From NCBI GenBank assembly GCA_048887225.1, contig JBHLJY010000003.1, positions 96,001 through 160,000 of the forward strand: a stretch of 64,000 bases of DNA, read 5' to 3'. The notes beneath the pieces were generated by a model that saw only the letters and a list, made by a program, of their open reading frames with translations, made no database searches and had not been told where the DNA came from. Shown here one piece after another: positions 1-10,159 of the stretch. Every line of letters starts with the position of its first letter. The first letter of the stretch is position 1. The DNA comes from Candidatus Hodarchaeota archaeon. GTDB taxonomy: Archaea; Asgardarchaeota; Lokiarchaeia; Sigyniarchaeales; SOKP01. The translations under genes and the position numbers were made by a program.

Positions 1-731
1 ATCTCTTTAAGTCCAATACAGTCTAATTGTTGCTTAAATTTTTTGAATGACTCGAAATTAACTACAATCATACCTAATTTTCTGGCAGGTACCAAGTTTT
101 GAATCTTATCATCGATATATATAACCTGTTTAGCTTTAGCATCTAATTTTTTCAAAACATATTTATATTTATCTATCTTAGGCTTGATAAGACCAATCTC
201 ATTCGAGAGAAACACGTAATCAAATGAATCATAAAATCCTCTTAATTCATTCGATTTAGCATATACATCATAAACGTTAGACATTAAGCTCACAGTATAT
301 CCAGCACTATGAAAAGTTTCAACAATATTCTTCATATCAGAGGATAATTTTGTTAATTTAGTATGTAATTCGAACCATAATTCTAGATAATAGTCCAAGT
401 TAACTTTTTTGGCTGGTAAGGCTCCATTATGTTTTTGATAAGGATAATAATATCTATCACTTATTTTTTCTAGAAATTCTCGTGAAGTTAATCGTCCAGA
501 GCTTAATTTTCGTTTAAGTTTTTTAATGTAAGGATTATCTATTCTAGGTATTTTAATCTTTAAATCGCTTTCAATACTATCTAGTAGATTCTTTAAAACG
601 AATGATCTCTCAGACATTACACCACCAAAATCAAATATTATATGCCTAATCTTATATAACTTAACTTTTTGGCGTCCAAACATTTTTGATGAAGAATTCT
701 TATAAGATTTATTGCTATTTTGAAGACTCAT
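1..731 (-). CDS. HAD-family phosphatase (IA/YihX-like), runs off the left edge; paralog of 752..1726
   Basis: Not in ORF track. Manual translation from ATG at 731: MSLQNSNK...IRHIIFDFGGVMSE...PAKKVNLDYYLELWF...SLMSN...SNEIGLIKP...YIDDKIQNL; HAD motifs I-IV present. Confidence 0.85.
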   Translation of the reverse strand, partial: MSLQNSNKSYKNSSSKMFGRQKVKLYKIRHIIFDFGGVMSERSFVLKNLLDSIESDLKIKIPRIDNPYIKKLKRKLSSGRLTSREFLEKISDRYYYPYQKHNGALPAKKVNLDYYLELWFELHTKLTKLSSDMKNIVETFHSAGYTVSLMSNVYDVYAKSNELRGFYDSFDYVFLSNEIGLIKPKIDKYKYVLKKLDAKAKQVIYIDDKIQNLVPARKLGMIVVNFESFKKFKQQLDCIGLKE

Positions 732-751
732 TCTCTTTATATAATAATTAC

Positions 752-1726
752 TCAATATATTTTAATTCTTGAAACTAATTCTTTCTTTTTCAATTTTGCT
801 TTTTTATATTCAGCTTTTTTAATCATATAATCTTCATATTTTATTTCAAGATTAGTTTTCTTTTTTGAGGAGTCCTTTTTATTTTTTAAATAGTAGTTTT
901 TTGCCTTCTTATATGCTCTTTTAGCCTTACGAAATTCTCTCTTTATTTCTTTATATAGTTTGTATTTGTTTTTAATTTCACGTCGAGATAACGAGCTTAT
1001 ATCTTTTATGCCAAGTTCTTTTAATTGCTCTTTAAATTTATCTATAGACTCAAATTTTAGGACATTCATACCCAATTGTTTAGCAGGAATGAGATTTTTG
1101 AGTTTATTGTCAATAAAAATGCAATATTTGGGTTTTGTTTTCAATTTTTTTATTACATATTTATATTTTTCTAAATCTGGTTTCCTAAATCCAATTTCGT
1201 TTGATAAAAAAATAAAATCAAATAAATTATAAAATCCTTTAAGCTTATTTGATTTTACATGAACATCAAAAGTATTTGACATTAAGCTAACCGTATATCC
1301 TGCTTTATGTAGTTTTAGGACAATTTCTTCCATGTCCATAGATAAATGGGAAAATTTAGAATATAATTGAAACCATAATTCTAAATAATAGTCCAAGTTA
1401 ACTTTTTTGGCTGGTAAGGGTCCATCATTTTTCTTATTTGGATAATAATATCTCTTAAGAACTTTCTCTATAAAATCACGTGATGTGATTATACCCGCGC
1501 CTAATTGCCTAAACAATTTTCTATAATAAGAATCTTCTGATCGAGGGATTATTATATTTAAATCGTTTTCTATTATATCAAATAGATTCTTAATACTATG
1601 AGTCGGTTTTATGAGTACACCTCCAAAATCAAAAATGAAGTGTTCAATTTCATATAATTTAACTTTTTGAAACCCGAATACTTTTCGAATAATATCTTCT
1701 TCTTGGTCTTGAAAGCTCATTATCAT
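752..1726 (-). CDS. HAD-family phosphatase with Lys-rich C-terminal tail
   Basis: FDFGGVL, MSNT, SNEIGFRKP, FIDNKLKNL motifs; last ~75 aa very K/R-rich. Confidence 0.85.
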   Translation of the reverse strand: MIMSFQDQEEDIIRKVFGFQKVKLYEIEHFIFDFGGVLIKPTHSIKNLFDIIENDLNIIIPRSEDSYYRKLFRQLGAGIITSRDFIEKVLKRYYYPNKKNDGPLPAKKVNLDYYLELWFQLYSKFSHLSMDMEEIVLKLHKAGYTVSLMSNTFDVHVKSNKLKGFYNLFDFIFLSNEIGFRKPDLEKYKYVIKKLKTKPKYCIFIDNKLKNLIPAKQLGMNVLKFESIDKFKEQLKELGIKDISSLSRREIKNKYKLYKEIKREFRKAKRAYKKAKNYYLKNKKDSSKKKTNLEIKYEDYMIKKAEYKKAKLKKKELVSRIKIY

Positions 1727-1759
1727 CTTAAACTAAATCAATTATTTAATAAATATATT

Positions 1760-2551
1760 TTAAATTTCCTTTTTTAATTTTTTAAACTCTCTCAAAATCA
1801 GATTCCCAATTTTAGAAACAGGATCTCCTCCACATTTCCAATTTGTAAACTCTGGAAATGATCCCGGATCAACAACAAACAATTTACCAGTATTTTTTTC
1901 TTTAACAATGTCTAAATGTCCGAATAATAGATTATAACTATTTTTCCATTTTAAAATAATTTCTAGGATATCATTAGGCGTATCTCTTTTTATCATATCA
2001 GAATGTTCATTTTTTAAAGGAAGTTTTTCTAAAGTACATATTTCATTATCAATAAAATAAACAGTATAATGTATGCCTTCAATAAATTTTTCTAAATATA
2101 AAATTTCATCTGAATTTGCTTCAAAATCTCTGAAGGTGTTTATAATTTTAACGCCTCTGCTTCCAGAACTCGTAATTGGCTTTAAAAGTAATGGAAAGTC
2201 GTTTTCTGTAAGATTTTTTATCAGAGCCTTTAATGCTCCGTAATAAATATGTGGATATAATAAACCGGCATTTTTTATTAGTAAATAAGCTTCTAATCTG
2301 TTTCTGTGTTTATAACTAATTTCTGGATTTGGTATAACTGGAATATTATTTGCCTCAATATAATATCCCGCATAGATAAAAGGTATTTGATGTTTAGATT
2401 TTAATATGTATAAATCATTCTCAAGTAATGACTCATCTATGCATAGATTTTCCTTTGTATAGATTTTAACACGATATCCTTTACTTTCATAAAATATTTT
2501 TAATTTCCCGGTAAAATATCCTGTTCTTTTAGATAATATTCCTATTTTCAT
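1760..2551 (-). CDS. ATP-grasp protein (RimK/ITPK1-like, divergent)
   Basis: FPLLLKPITSSGSRGV, LYLEKFIEG, GHLDIV...VVDPGSFPEF. Confidence 0.75.
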   Translation of the reverse strand: MKIGILSKRTGYFTGKLKIFYESKGYRVKIYTKENLCIDESLLENDLYILKSKHQIPFIYAGYYIEANNIPVIPNPEISYKHRNRLEAYLLIKNAGLLYPHIYYGALKALIKNLTENDFPLLLKPITSSGSRGVKIINTFRDFEANSDEILYLEKFIEGIHYTVYFIDNEICTLEKLPLKNEHSDMIKRDTPNDILEIILKWKNSYNLLFGHLDIVKEKNTGKLFVVDPGSFPEFTNWKCGGDPVSKIGNLILREFKKLKKEI

Positions 2552-2564
2552 GTTATAATTCTAT

Positions 2565-3392
2565 TTATTGTTTTTTAGCTTGTTCTATTAAAAATTCCGC
2601 AAATATTTTTGGTCCATTTTCAATATAATTAAAATTTGGCATGGAATTTATGTCTGTTAGATAATAAGTCCCATCTTTTGATTTTAAAAAGTCTAAAGAT
2701 GAAGCCTTAAGGTCTAGAATTTTTATTGCTTTTAATGCGATTTCTTTTAATTCAGAAATCTCTTGGATTTTTCTTCTGGTTTCCATTTTATCTGGGTTTA
2801 CTAAAAATGGAATTTGTTTATAGAAAAACAATTTATCTCCAAAACCATATATTTTATATTCCCACTTACTTTTAACGAATTTCTGGTAATAATAATATTG
2901 ATAATCCTCCTCTCCTCCATTAACTTCTTTAATTGCTCTCTCATCACTGATCTTTAGATGTCCATTTTCTTTTAAAATATTTGGCTTAAAAGTGTATGTT
3001 TTTTCGTCAACTATATTCTTTATAATATAATCTTTAAATGGGGCTTGACAAGTTGAGGGAAATAATGAAAAATCAGGTACACAGATACCAACTTTTCTTA
3101 ATAAAATACTATTTAAAAATCTATGTGATGCTAGCCAAATTGCTTTTGAAGGATTAATTACGGGGATTGAAGTTTCGTTTTCAATCATTCGAGCAAGAGA
3201 AACCAAAAATTTTCCTTTACCCTTAACAAAAAATAGATCTTCGTCAAATTCTAAATTTTTATTTTTAAGTAAGTAAGAATCTTCTACATATAGTTTTACA
3301 TTAGATTTAGATTTTAAATATTTTAATAAATCTGATATTTTATATTTCAAATGAAATTTATCAATAATGATTCCAATTTTTGGTTTTTTCAT
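2565..3392 (-). CDS. ATP-grasp protein, ITPK1-like
   Basis: YYQKFV..EYKIYGFG; SLDFL...YLTDINSMPNF. Confidence 0.75.
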   Translation of the reverse strand: MKKPKIGIIIDKFHLKYKISDLLKYLKSKSNVKLYVEDSYLLKNKNLEFDEDLFFVKGKGKFLVSLARMIENETSIPVINPSKAIWLASHRFLNSILLRKVGICVPDFSLFPSTCQAPFKDYIIKNIVDEKTYTFKPNILKENGHLKISDERAIKEVNGGEEDYQYYYYQKFVKSKWEYKIYGFGDKLFFYKQIPFLVNPDKMETRRKIQEISELKEIALKAIKILDLKASSLDFLKSKDGTYYLTDINSMPNFNYIENGPKIFAEFLIEQAKKQ

Positions 3393-3597
3393 AAATATCT
3401 AAATTATAATCTGATATTAAATACATGAGATTTATTCGATTTAAATGAATATATAATGATTTATATATTATAATTTAGATTAAAAAATTATTTAAGTAAA
3501 GCTGTTTGGCGATTCCCTATATAGATCCCATATATAAATAATAAATAGATTTATAAAGAATGTTTTTTATAAGAAACCAAACTGATGAGATTTTTTT

Positions 3598-4515
3598 ATG
3601 TCTAAAAAAATCATTGTTGGTTCGATCTGTAATCGAGATCTCGAAGTTTTTAACGAGATCAAGAGATTTTCTAAGATTCATTATAGAATAAAGTTTGTTA
3701 ATCTCATAAAAAACGATTCTTCTTTTTCTATCAAATATTTCAAAAAAAAATTGAAAAAATACAATATAGATTTCTTAATTGTTAAATTATATTCAGAGGA
3801 ATCAAATCATAAAGTATATGACGCAATTAAATCATATGCATCTAATATCCCCCGATTGAATAGTTTAAAATCTGTTCAAACATGCGAGAGCCGAAAGGAA
3901 ACATTTAAATTAGTAGAGGAAAAATGCAAAAAACTAAAGATTCCTAAATCTTTTTATTCAATAAACGCTGCGTTTGAAGCAGTATCGAATGGAACGCCTT
4001 TAATTATAAAATTAGATACACATAATATAAGAAATTTATCTAAATATGATCGAATTCTTGGTGTCGCGAAATCTAATGATGATTTCGTTAAGTTAATTAG
4101 AAAATATGATGTAGAGAATAACACTTTATTTTTCCAAGAATATTTAGGTAAACATGATGATATTTATAAAGTGTATGTAATTGATCGTTATGTACAAACA
4201 ATCACATCTCAAAATCTTTTATTACAACATAAGTTTTCCCCTTTAGAATTAGTACACCTTAGAGCACCGATAGAAAAAGAATTTAAAAGACAAATTTTAA
4301 GATTAGGGCGAAAATTTGGTATGACAATCTTCGGTGTTGATTATGTCTTAAAAGATGACATTCCCTATATAGTAGATATTAATGATTTTCCTAGTTTTAG
4401 ATATATCCCCGAGGCTATAAGCATGATATCTGATTATATATACAAGTTCTGTGTTGCGAGACAAACTCTTACTAAGATTCCAATGAGATTAAAAGTAAAA
4501 ACTTATACTATGTAA
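3598..4515 (+). CDS. ATP-grasp protein, ITPK1-like inositol phosphate kinase
   Basis: FFQEYLG..IYKVYVI; IFGVDYV...IVDINDFPSF matches the ITPK1 K-V-Y-V and D-I-N-x-F-P pattern. Confidence 0.75.
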   Translation: MSKKIIVGSICNRDLEVFNEIKRFSKIHYRIKFVNLIKNDSSFSIKYFKKKLKKYNIDFLIVKLYSEESNHKVYDAIKSYASNIPRLNSLKSVQTCESRKETFKLVEEKCKKLKIPKSFYSINAAFEAVSNGTPLIIKLDTHNIRNLSKYDRILGVAKSNDDFVKLIRKYDVENNTLFFQEYLGKHDDIYKVYVIDRYVQTITSQNLLLQHKFSPLELVHLRAPIEKEFKRQILRLGRKFGMTIFGVDYVLKDDIPYIVDINDFPSFRYIPEAISMISDYIYKFCVARQTLTKIPMRLKVKTYTM

Positions 4516-4542
4516 GAATAGCAATACAATTAAATTCTTATA

Positions 4543-5634
4543 TTATCGCGATCTTTTTCCTTGGATAAATCTTACAAGGCGTCGTTTCGCCCTAAAATCT
4601 TGGAGCTGTTTTGGAGGGTGTTTCATAAAAAAAGAACTTGCTGAATGTAATACGCCTCCAATCTGTCGATCTTTAGCTATTTTTGATATTCGAATGCAAT
4701 CTGCAATAATACCTGCTGAATTATTCCCGTCTTCAACAAACATGGTGATATCTACTCTGACAGGAGCGCCTCCAAAAATACGTCCTTCTAATCTCATATA
4801 TGCTTCTTTTTGATTTTTTAAGAATGGAATATAATCAACAGCAGAAATTTGACATTCAACAGTATCTTTATTTTGTAACTTAGCAACGACTGCCTCAGTT
4901 TTGGATTGGCGTTTTCCTTCTTCATAAATTAGCTCCCCGTTCGGTTTAGGTGTTAGAAGGTTCAAGAAATCGCTACATCCGCCCCAATCAAGCTGTATTG
5001 TTCTATCCAATATCGCTCCACGCATTGGAAAAAGATTTGCTAAAGCTCTATGAATAATTGTCGCACCAACCTGAGATTTCACATCGTCTCCAATTAAAGA
5101 AAGTCTTAATTCTTCTGCTTTTTGGACTATTTCTGGATCTTTCGCTACATTTGATGGTATTCCACACACAATACAGGCTCCTGCATCAAGAGCAGCCATT
5201 GCATAAAATTTCACAGCTCTATGGGCCCCAGTTGGTAGAAGAATTACAGCGACATCAACACTTCGTTCTCTTATTTCTCTAGCAATATCAGCTTCTTTTT
5301 GGTTATTATCAACAGGCACAATATTCTTTATGTTGCTATCCAAACCATCCATTATAGGACCTTTAATGACTGGAGCATTTAGAAAATCTGGACGATATAG
5401 TTCCATATTACAATTTGGTTCAGCAAATATGGCTTCACTAAGATCTTTTCCAACTTTGTTTGCGTTGACTTCTATGCCCAATACAAAACTTATATCATTG
5501 ATGCTATATTGTATTATTTCTGGTAGAATTCCTATAATTTTATCTGGATTTCTTTTATAGTTTTCGATTCCTTGGACAAGAGCAGATGCAACATCTCCAA
5601 TCCCTATCAGACAAACATTAATTTTATTTGTCAT
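4543..5634 (-). CDS. ino1: myo-inositol-1-phosphate synthase
   Basis: GIGDVASALVQG, GDDVKSQVGATIIHR, GGCSDFLNL, SKTEAV, NSAG, FFMKHPP. Confidence 0.9.
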   Translation of the reverse strand: MTNKINVCLIGIGDVASALVQGIENYKRNPDKIIGILPEIIQYSINDISFVLGIEVNANKVGKDLSEAIFAEPNCNMELYRPDFLNAPVIKGPIMDGLDSNIKNIVPVDNNQKEADIAREIRERSVDVAVILLPTGAHRAVKFYAMAALDAGACIVCGIPSNVAKDPEIVQKAEELRLSLIGDDVKSQVGATIIHRALANLFPMRGAILDRTIQLDWGGCSDFLNLLTPKPNGELIYEEGKRQSKTEAVVAKLQNKDTVECQISAVDYIPFLKNQKEAYMRLEGRIFGGAPVRVDITMFVEDGNNSAGIIADCIRISKIAKDRQIGGVLHSASSFFMKHPPKQLQDFRAKRRLVRFIQGKRSR

Positions 5635-5842
5635 GATAATGGGTATAATTAAATTATTATATTTAAATCATTACGAATAAGAATAAGATCTTTAAATCTT
5701 TCACAAAGTATCTTCAATTCTTTTTCCTTTAAATATGGTAAAAAATCATAATTCAATATGTATTAAATCGTAATCTATAAGTATAAAAAATTATAATTCA
5801 AGATAAGCAAACTATCAAACAATAAAAGACTGTTTTACTAAA

Positions 5843-7120
5843 ATGGAAAAAATAGAAAAATTACCTCGAAAAGTAAAGAGAACTGCCATCCTAGTAGGAA
5901 TCTTATTCGCTGGAGCGACTATATTCGGTTATTTCGAAGCCACTTTCTTCAATACTTACTTAGATCATCAATTAAATTTACCATATTATTACATCTCCAT
6001 AATGGTATCGTTATCAGCCACAATGGGATTAATAATGATGGTCGTTTGGGGAATAAAAAGTGACAATACGAGATCGAAATTTGGTAGACGAAGTCCATAC
6101 CTTCTATTGGGTTTTATAGCAGGATTTGCAATGATAGCTTTCGCTTTTGCTGAAGATTTTCTAATGTGTATAATTTTAGATGTGATTATTATTGGAATTG
6201 CGTCTAATGCATATTATGTAGCTCAAAGATCGTTTATTCCAGATTTAGTCGAATCTGAACATCGAGGGCGAGCTAATGGAATTACTAATGCTATAGGAAA
6301 TCTCGGATTATTAATTGCGATTGGTTTAACTTTAGTCGCAAATGAATTATTTACGGTTAAAAGAGGCACTGGAAACATTTTAACTCGCGAAGGTCATTTA
6401 TTTTTGTTCATTATGGGGGGTGGGGCAATTATACTATGTAGTATGATTGGTTTTATATTCATAAAAGAATTACCTCAATCGGAGTTGCCTCCAAAAAAAG
6501 CATTTATGCTTGAACTAAAAGAAATCTTTGATATTGAAGAATTCAGAAAACAAAACCAATTTTTTAGAATTGTTTTAGCAGAAACAATTTTTAGAGCACA
6601 TATCTATGTAGTATTACCATTTTTGTTTAGCTATTTATTCTCTTTAGCATTGACTACATTTGAGTTTATTTTAATCATTGCGGTGTCTACTCCGGTTATT
6701 GTTGTAGTAATGGTGATTTTAGGTAAAATGGCAGATAAATTTGGCCGAAAAACTTCATTAGCACCTGGAATCATTATTGCCAGTATAGGATTATTCATGA
6801 TGCCATTTGCTATATTCTTTCCTCAATATAAGATAATAATCTTACTTCTTGCATTTCCCTTGGTTTTAATCGGGCTTTTAGGGCTTGAAGTACCTCTTAA
6901 CGCTTGGTCCCAAGATCTTCTTCCAGAAGATAGAAGAGGTAAATTCTTGGGAATATTAAATGTAGTTAGAACAATATCACAAATTATAGGGGTAACCGTA
7001 GGAGGTATTGTTGCCACGATTTACGGTCTTGAATGGGTTTTTATTTTCGCTCCAATATTTCTAATTGGATCTATCTTCTTTTTCAGAAGAGTAAAAGAAA
7101 CACTAACATTTGAAGAATAA
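5843..7120 (+). CDS. MFS transporter (GPH/sugar-like)
   Basis: ~12 TM; SDNTRSKFGRRSPY and ADKFGRK MFS motif A. Confidence 0.9.
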   Translation: MEKIEKLPRKVKRTAILVGILFAGATIFGYFEATFFNTYLDHQLNLPYYYISIMVSLSATMGLIMMVVWGIKSDNTRSKFGRRSPYLLLGFIAGFAMIAFAFAEDFLMCIILDVIIIGIASNAYYVAQRSFIPDLVESEHRGRANGITNAIGNLGLLIAIGLTLVANELFTVKRGTGNILTREGHLFLFIMGGGAIILCSMIGFIFIKELPQSELPPKKAFMLELKEIFDIEEFRKQNQFFRIVLAETIFRAHIYVVLPFLFSYLFSLALTTFEFILIIAVSTPVIVVVMVILGKMADKFGRKTSLAPGIIIASIGLFMMPFAIFFPQYKIIILLLAFPLVLIGLLGLEVPLNAWSQDLLPEDRRGKFLGILNVVRTISQIIGVTVGGIVATIYGLEWVFIFAPIFLIGSIFFFRRVKETLTFEE

Positions 7121-7168
7121 CAAATATGATATTTTATTATTTATGCCTTAATTATGATTTTTTCATCT

Positions 7169-8878
7169 CTAAGATTTTTTCCATAATTTACGAAGCACAT
7201 GTGCTGCCATTTTTGGTCGGCGATCTCTTGTAAATACTCCTTTATAATTCAAACCTCCCGCCCTCAATATACCTTGTGCAGTTTTGAAATCACACAAGTT
7301 CCAGACATGTTGTCCTACAACATAATCTTTAGTATTTAAAAGCTCAATATATCTCCTTATGAATTCCATTTGATACTCTTCGCTAAACATTTCTGGAGGT
7401 TGAGCATGACATCCTGGAATGGTATCGGTTCCAAATTCAGATAAGATTATTGGTTTAGAGTATTTTTTATATAATTTGTCCAATTCTTCAGATAGTAATT
7501 CGATACCTTCTTCAATTCTTCCTGGTTGAGTATACCATCCATAATAACGATTTAAACAGATAATATCTAAGAATTTGAAAGTGTTTTCTCCTGTACCCAT
7601 CATATTAGCTATAGTAACTGGTCGAGTTGCATCTTTTTTCTTCGCAATTTCATATAATTTACGGAAAAAATCTCTTGCTCTAATACTCCTATGGGGTTCA
7701 TTAGCTAAACTCCACATTATTACGCTTGGATGATTTTTATCTCTTTCGATTAATTTTTGAATATATTGCTGGCATAATTCGAAATGACGATCAATAATTT
7801 TGAGATCAAATGTGAGCCCTACTGCTGGTGTTTCATCAATAACTAAAAAGCCTAGACGGTCAGCTAAGTCCATCATCTGTTCTGAATAAGGATAATGAGA
7901 TGTGCGAAAGGAATTGGCACCTATCCAACTTAATAAGGCGAAATCTTTAATCAAAATCACTGGAAAATAACCCTTTCCAATTATCGGAAAATCTTCATGA
8001 CGTCCAAATCCAGTCAATTTTATTGGTTTTCCATTTAGGAGTAATTGATTACCTTTAACTTCAATTGTTCGAATTCCTATTGATAAAGAGTACGAATCAA
8101 AAATAATGCCATCATGAGAGAGCTCTACAATCATATCGTATAAGTTTGGGGATTCTGGAGACCATAGTGCTGCATTATCCACTGATAAAGTGGTTTTTGC
8201 TAATTCTCCAGTAAGCGGAACTTCAGAAATAATATTTGCACTATGTCCGCTCAATTTAATCAATACATTTTCTCCATAGTTGCCAGTTCTCTGAATTTTA
8301 ATATTAATATATCCATTAGTACCTTCAATGGTAGTTATAACTGTCAGATCTTTAATCCCCTCTTTAGGCATTGTATAAATTAACACTGGGCGATGTATTC
8401 CACAGAAAGGAAAAAAATCAAAATTTGTATTAGGATAATTTAAAGGTCTACCACTAGGAGGAACATGTTCTTTGGCTAAATTCCCATCCACTCGCACAAT
8501 TAATCGATTTTTTTCTGTTTTTATTAAAGATGTAATATCATATTCGAAAGGCAAGTGGCCACCTTCGTGCTGACCAAGATTTTCACCATTTAACCAAACA
8601 TTTGCCACGTAGTTGACAGAGCCAAATCTCAAAAATATACGATGATTTTCCCAACTCCACGGCAGATTAAAAAAAGTCTGGTACCATGCGGGACCTAAAA
8701 AATCACGATTACCAGCGAATTGTTCGTTCCAACTAGCTGGTACTGCTATTGGGTGAGCATCATTAAGACCATTTTGCCAATTATTTATCAGACCTTCATC
8801 ATTAAAATCAAAACGAAAATCCCACAAACCAGATAAATCAATGCATTGGCGATATTTATTTATTTGAGGATAAAGCAT
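7169..8878 (-). CDS. uidA: beta-glucuronidase (GH2)
   Basis: GANSFRTSHYPY, WSLANEP, LNRYYGWY, SEFG, NYKGVFTRDRRPK (GUS N-x-K motif). Confidence 0.9.
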   Translation of the reverse strand: MLYPQINKYRQCIDLSGLWDFRFDFNDEGLINNWQNGLNDAHPIAVPASWNEQFAGNRDFLGPAWYQTFFNLPWSWENHRIFLRFGSVNYVANVWLNGENLGQHEGGHLPFEYDITSLIKTEKNRLIVRVDGNLAKEHVPPSGRPLNYPNTNFDFFPFCGIHRPVLIYTMPKEGIKDLTVITTIEGTNGYINIKIQRTGNYGENVLIKLSGHSANIISEVPLTGELAKTTLSVDNAALWSPESPNLYDMIVELSHDGIIFDSYSLSIGIRTIEVKGNQLLLNGKPIKLTGFGRHEDFPIIGKGYFPVILIKDFALLSWIGANSFRTSHYPYSEQMMDLADRLGFLVIDETPAVGLTFDLKIIDRHFELCQQYIQKLIERDKNHPSVIMWSLANEPHRSIRARDFFRKLYEIAKKKDATRPVTIANMMGTGENTFKFLDIICLNRYYGWYTQPGRIEEGIELLSEELDKLYKKYSKPIILSEFGTDTIPGCHAQPPEMFSEEYQMEFIRRYIELLNTKDYVVGQHVWNLCDFKTAQGILRAGGLNYKGVFTRDRRPKMAAHVLRKLWKKS

Positions 8879-8957
8879 ATTATTAAATATTAATAAAAGT
8901 TTTTATGCTTTTTTAGAATTTGAATAATTAAATAAAACGGCTTTAATCAGAGTTTAT

Positions 8958-10106
8958 ATGAATAGTAGAGAGAGAGTAAAAAAGGCGTTCCATTTCGATA
9001 AACCCGATAGAGTACCTATGTCTCAAATGAACTTAAAAACAGATTTTTTTCCAGTCCATCAATATCATCCTAAATCTTGGCAACCACAAAATTATCCTCC
9101 TCACGTAAGAGGGGGTGTTGAAAAAATAACTAAAATAACTTATAGAAAATTCGTATATAATTGGAAAAATACAATGAGAAAAGAAGCAGGATATTCTAAG
9201 AAGTGGTGGAAAAATCCTCATGAGAGTATTGATGAATGGAATACTATTTGGAAATCTTCAGGAACAGAAAGTGCTGATGTAACAAAAGGTCATCCCTTTA
9301 AAGGTTTTCTTCAAGATGATTGGGATAAAATTAATGATTACAAAATCCCTGACGCATCAAATCCGGAGCGATATAGGATGATAAAAACAAAAATATGGAA
9401 ATTATTAGGTAAGAATAGATATACGGTTGGCGAAATGGGAGCTAATGGTCTATTCAATCAATGTAGTCAAATTAGGGGTTTTACTAATCTTCTTATTGAC
9501 TTTGCTAGACATTCACAAGAAGTAGATCAATTAATCAATAAAATACTTCCTTTTTACCTGATTCAAATTGAAAAATTTAAAGGATATTATCCAACACTAG
9601 ATTCAATTATTATCGCAGATGATTTAGGAACTCAAAAATCGCCGTTCATCAGCCCAAGAATTTTTCAAAAATTTTTTAAAGAACCTTATAAAGAAATCAT
9701 AGATTTAACTCATGAATTAGGAATGGATTTTATTCTACATTCTTGCGGCCAAATTTTCGAATTAATGCCAGATATAATTGATATTAATGTTGACGTGTTT
9801 GAATTTGACAGCCCCCATATGACTGGAGTCGAAAATTTTAAAAAATTTGCAAAGGAACGAAAGGTGGCATTCTGGCTTTCATCAAATATTCAGAGTACAT
9901 ATCCTCTTGGAACACCTGAAGAAGTAGAAGAAGAAATAAAACATTACATTAAAGAAGTGGGTAATAATGAAGGAGGATTAGCTATTTATGAATATATGTC
10001 AAATAAGGTTTTAAGGACACCAAAAGGAAATATTATATCACAAAGAGAAGCTACTCTTAAATGGGGTAATTACAATGAAAATGGTTTTATTGATTGGTTA
10101 GCTTAG
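8958..10106 (+). CDS. uroporphyrinogen decarboxylase / MtaA-CmuA methyltransferase family protein
   Basis: MNSRERV start, ADDLGTQ..PFISP, ILHSCG, GTPEEV. Confidence 0.8.
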   Translation: MNSRERVKKAFHFDKPDRVPMSQMNLKTDFFPVHQYHPKSWQPQNYPPHVRGGVEKITKITYRKFVYNWKNTMRKEAGYSKKWWKNPHESIDEWNTIWKSSGTESADVTKGHPFKGFLQDDWDKINDYKIPDASNPERYRMIKTKIWKLLGKNRYTVGEMGANGLFNQCSQIRGFTNLLIDFARHSQEVDQLINKILPFYLIQIEKFKGYYPTLDSIIIADDLGTQKSPFISPRIFQKFFKEPYKEIIDLTHELGMDFILHSCGQIFELMPDIIDINVDVFEFDSPHMTGVENFKKFAKERKVAFWLSSNIQSTYPLGTPEEVEEEIKHYIKEVGNNEGGLAIYEYMSNKVLRTPKGNIISQREATLKWGNYNENGFIDWLA

Positions 10107-10159
10107 AATCGTTATTCTATCAAAACCTTAAGAAGTTAAATAATATTTTATTCCTTAAT

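Noticed and set aside
4543-8878. Inositol-to-glucuronate pathway linking ino1 and beta-glucuronidase
   Set aside because: No myo-inositol oxygenase is seen and GUS hydrolyses glucuronides; adjacency alone is insufficient
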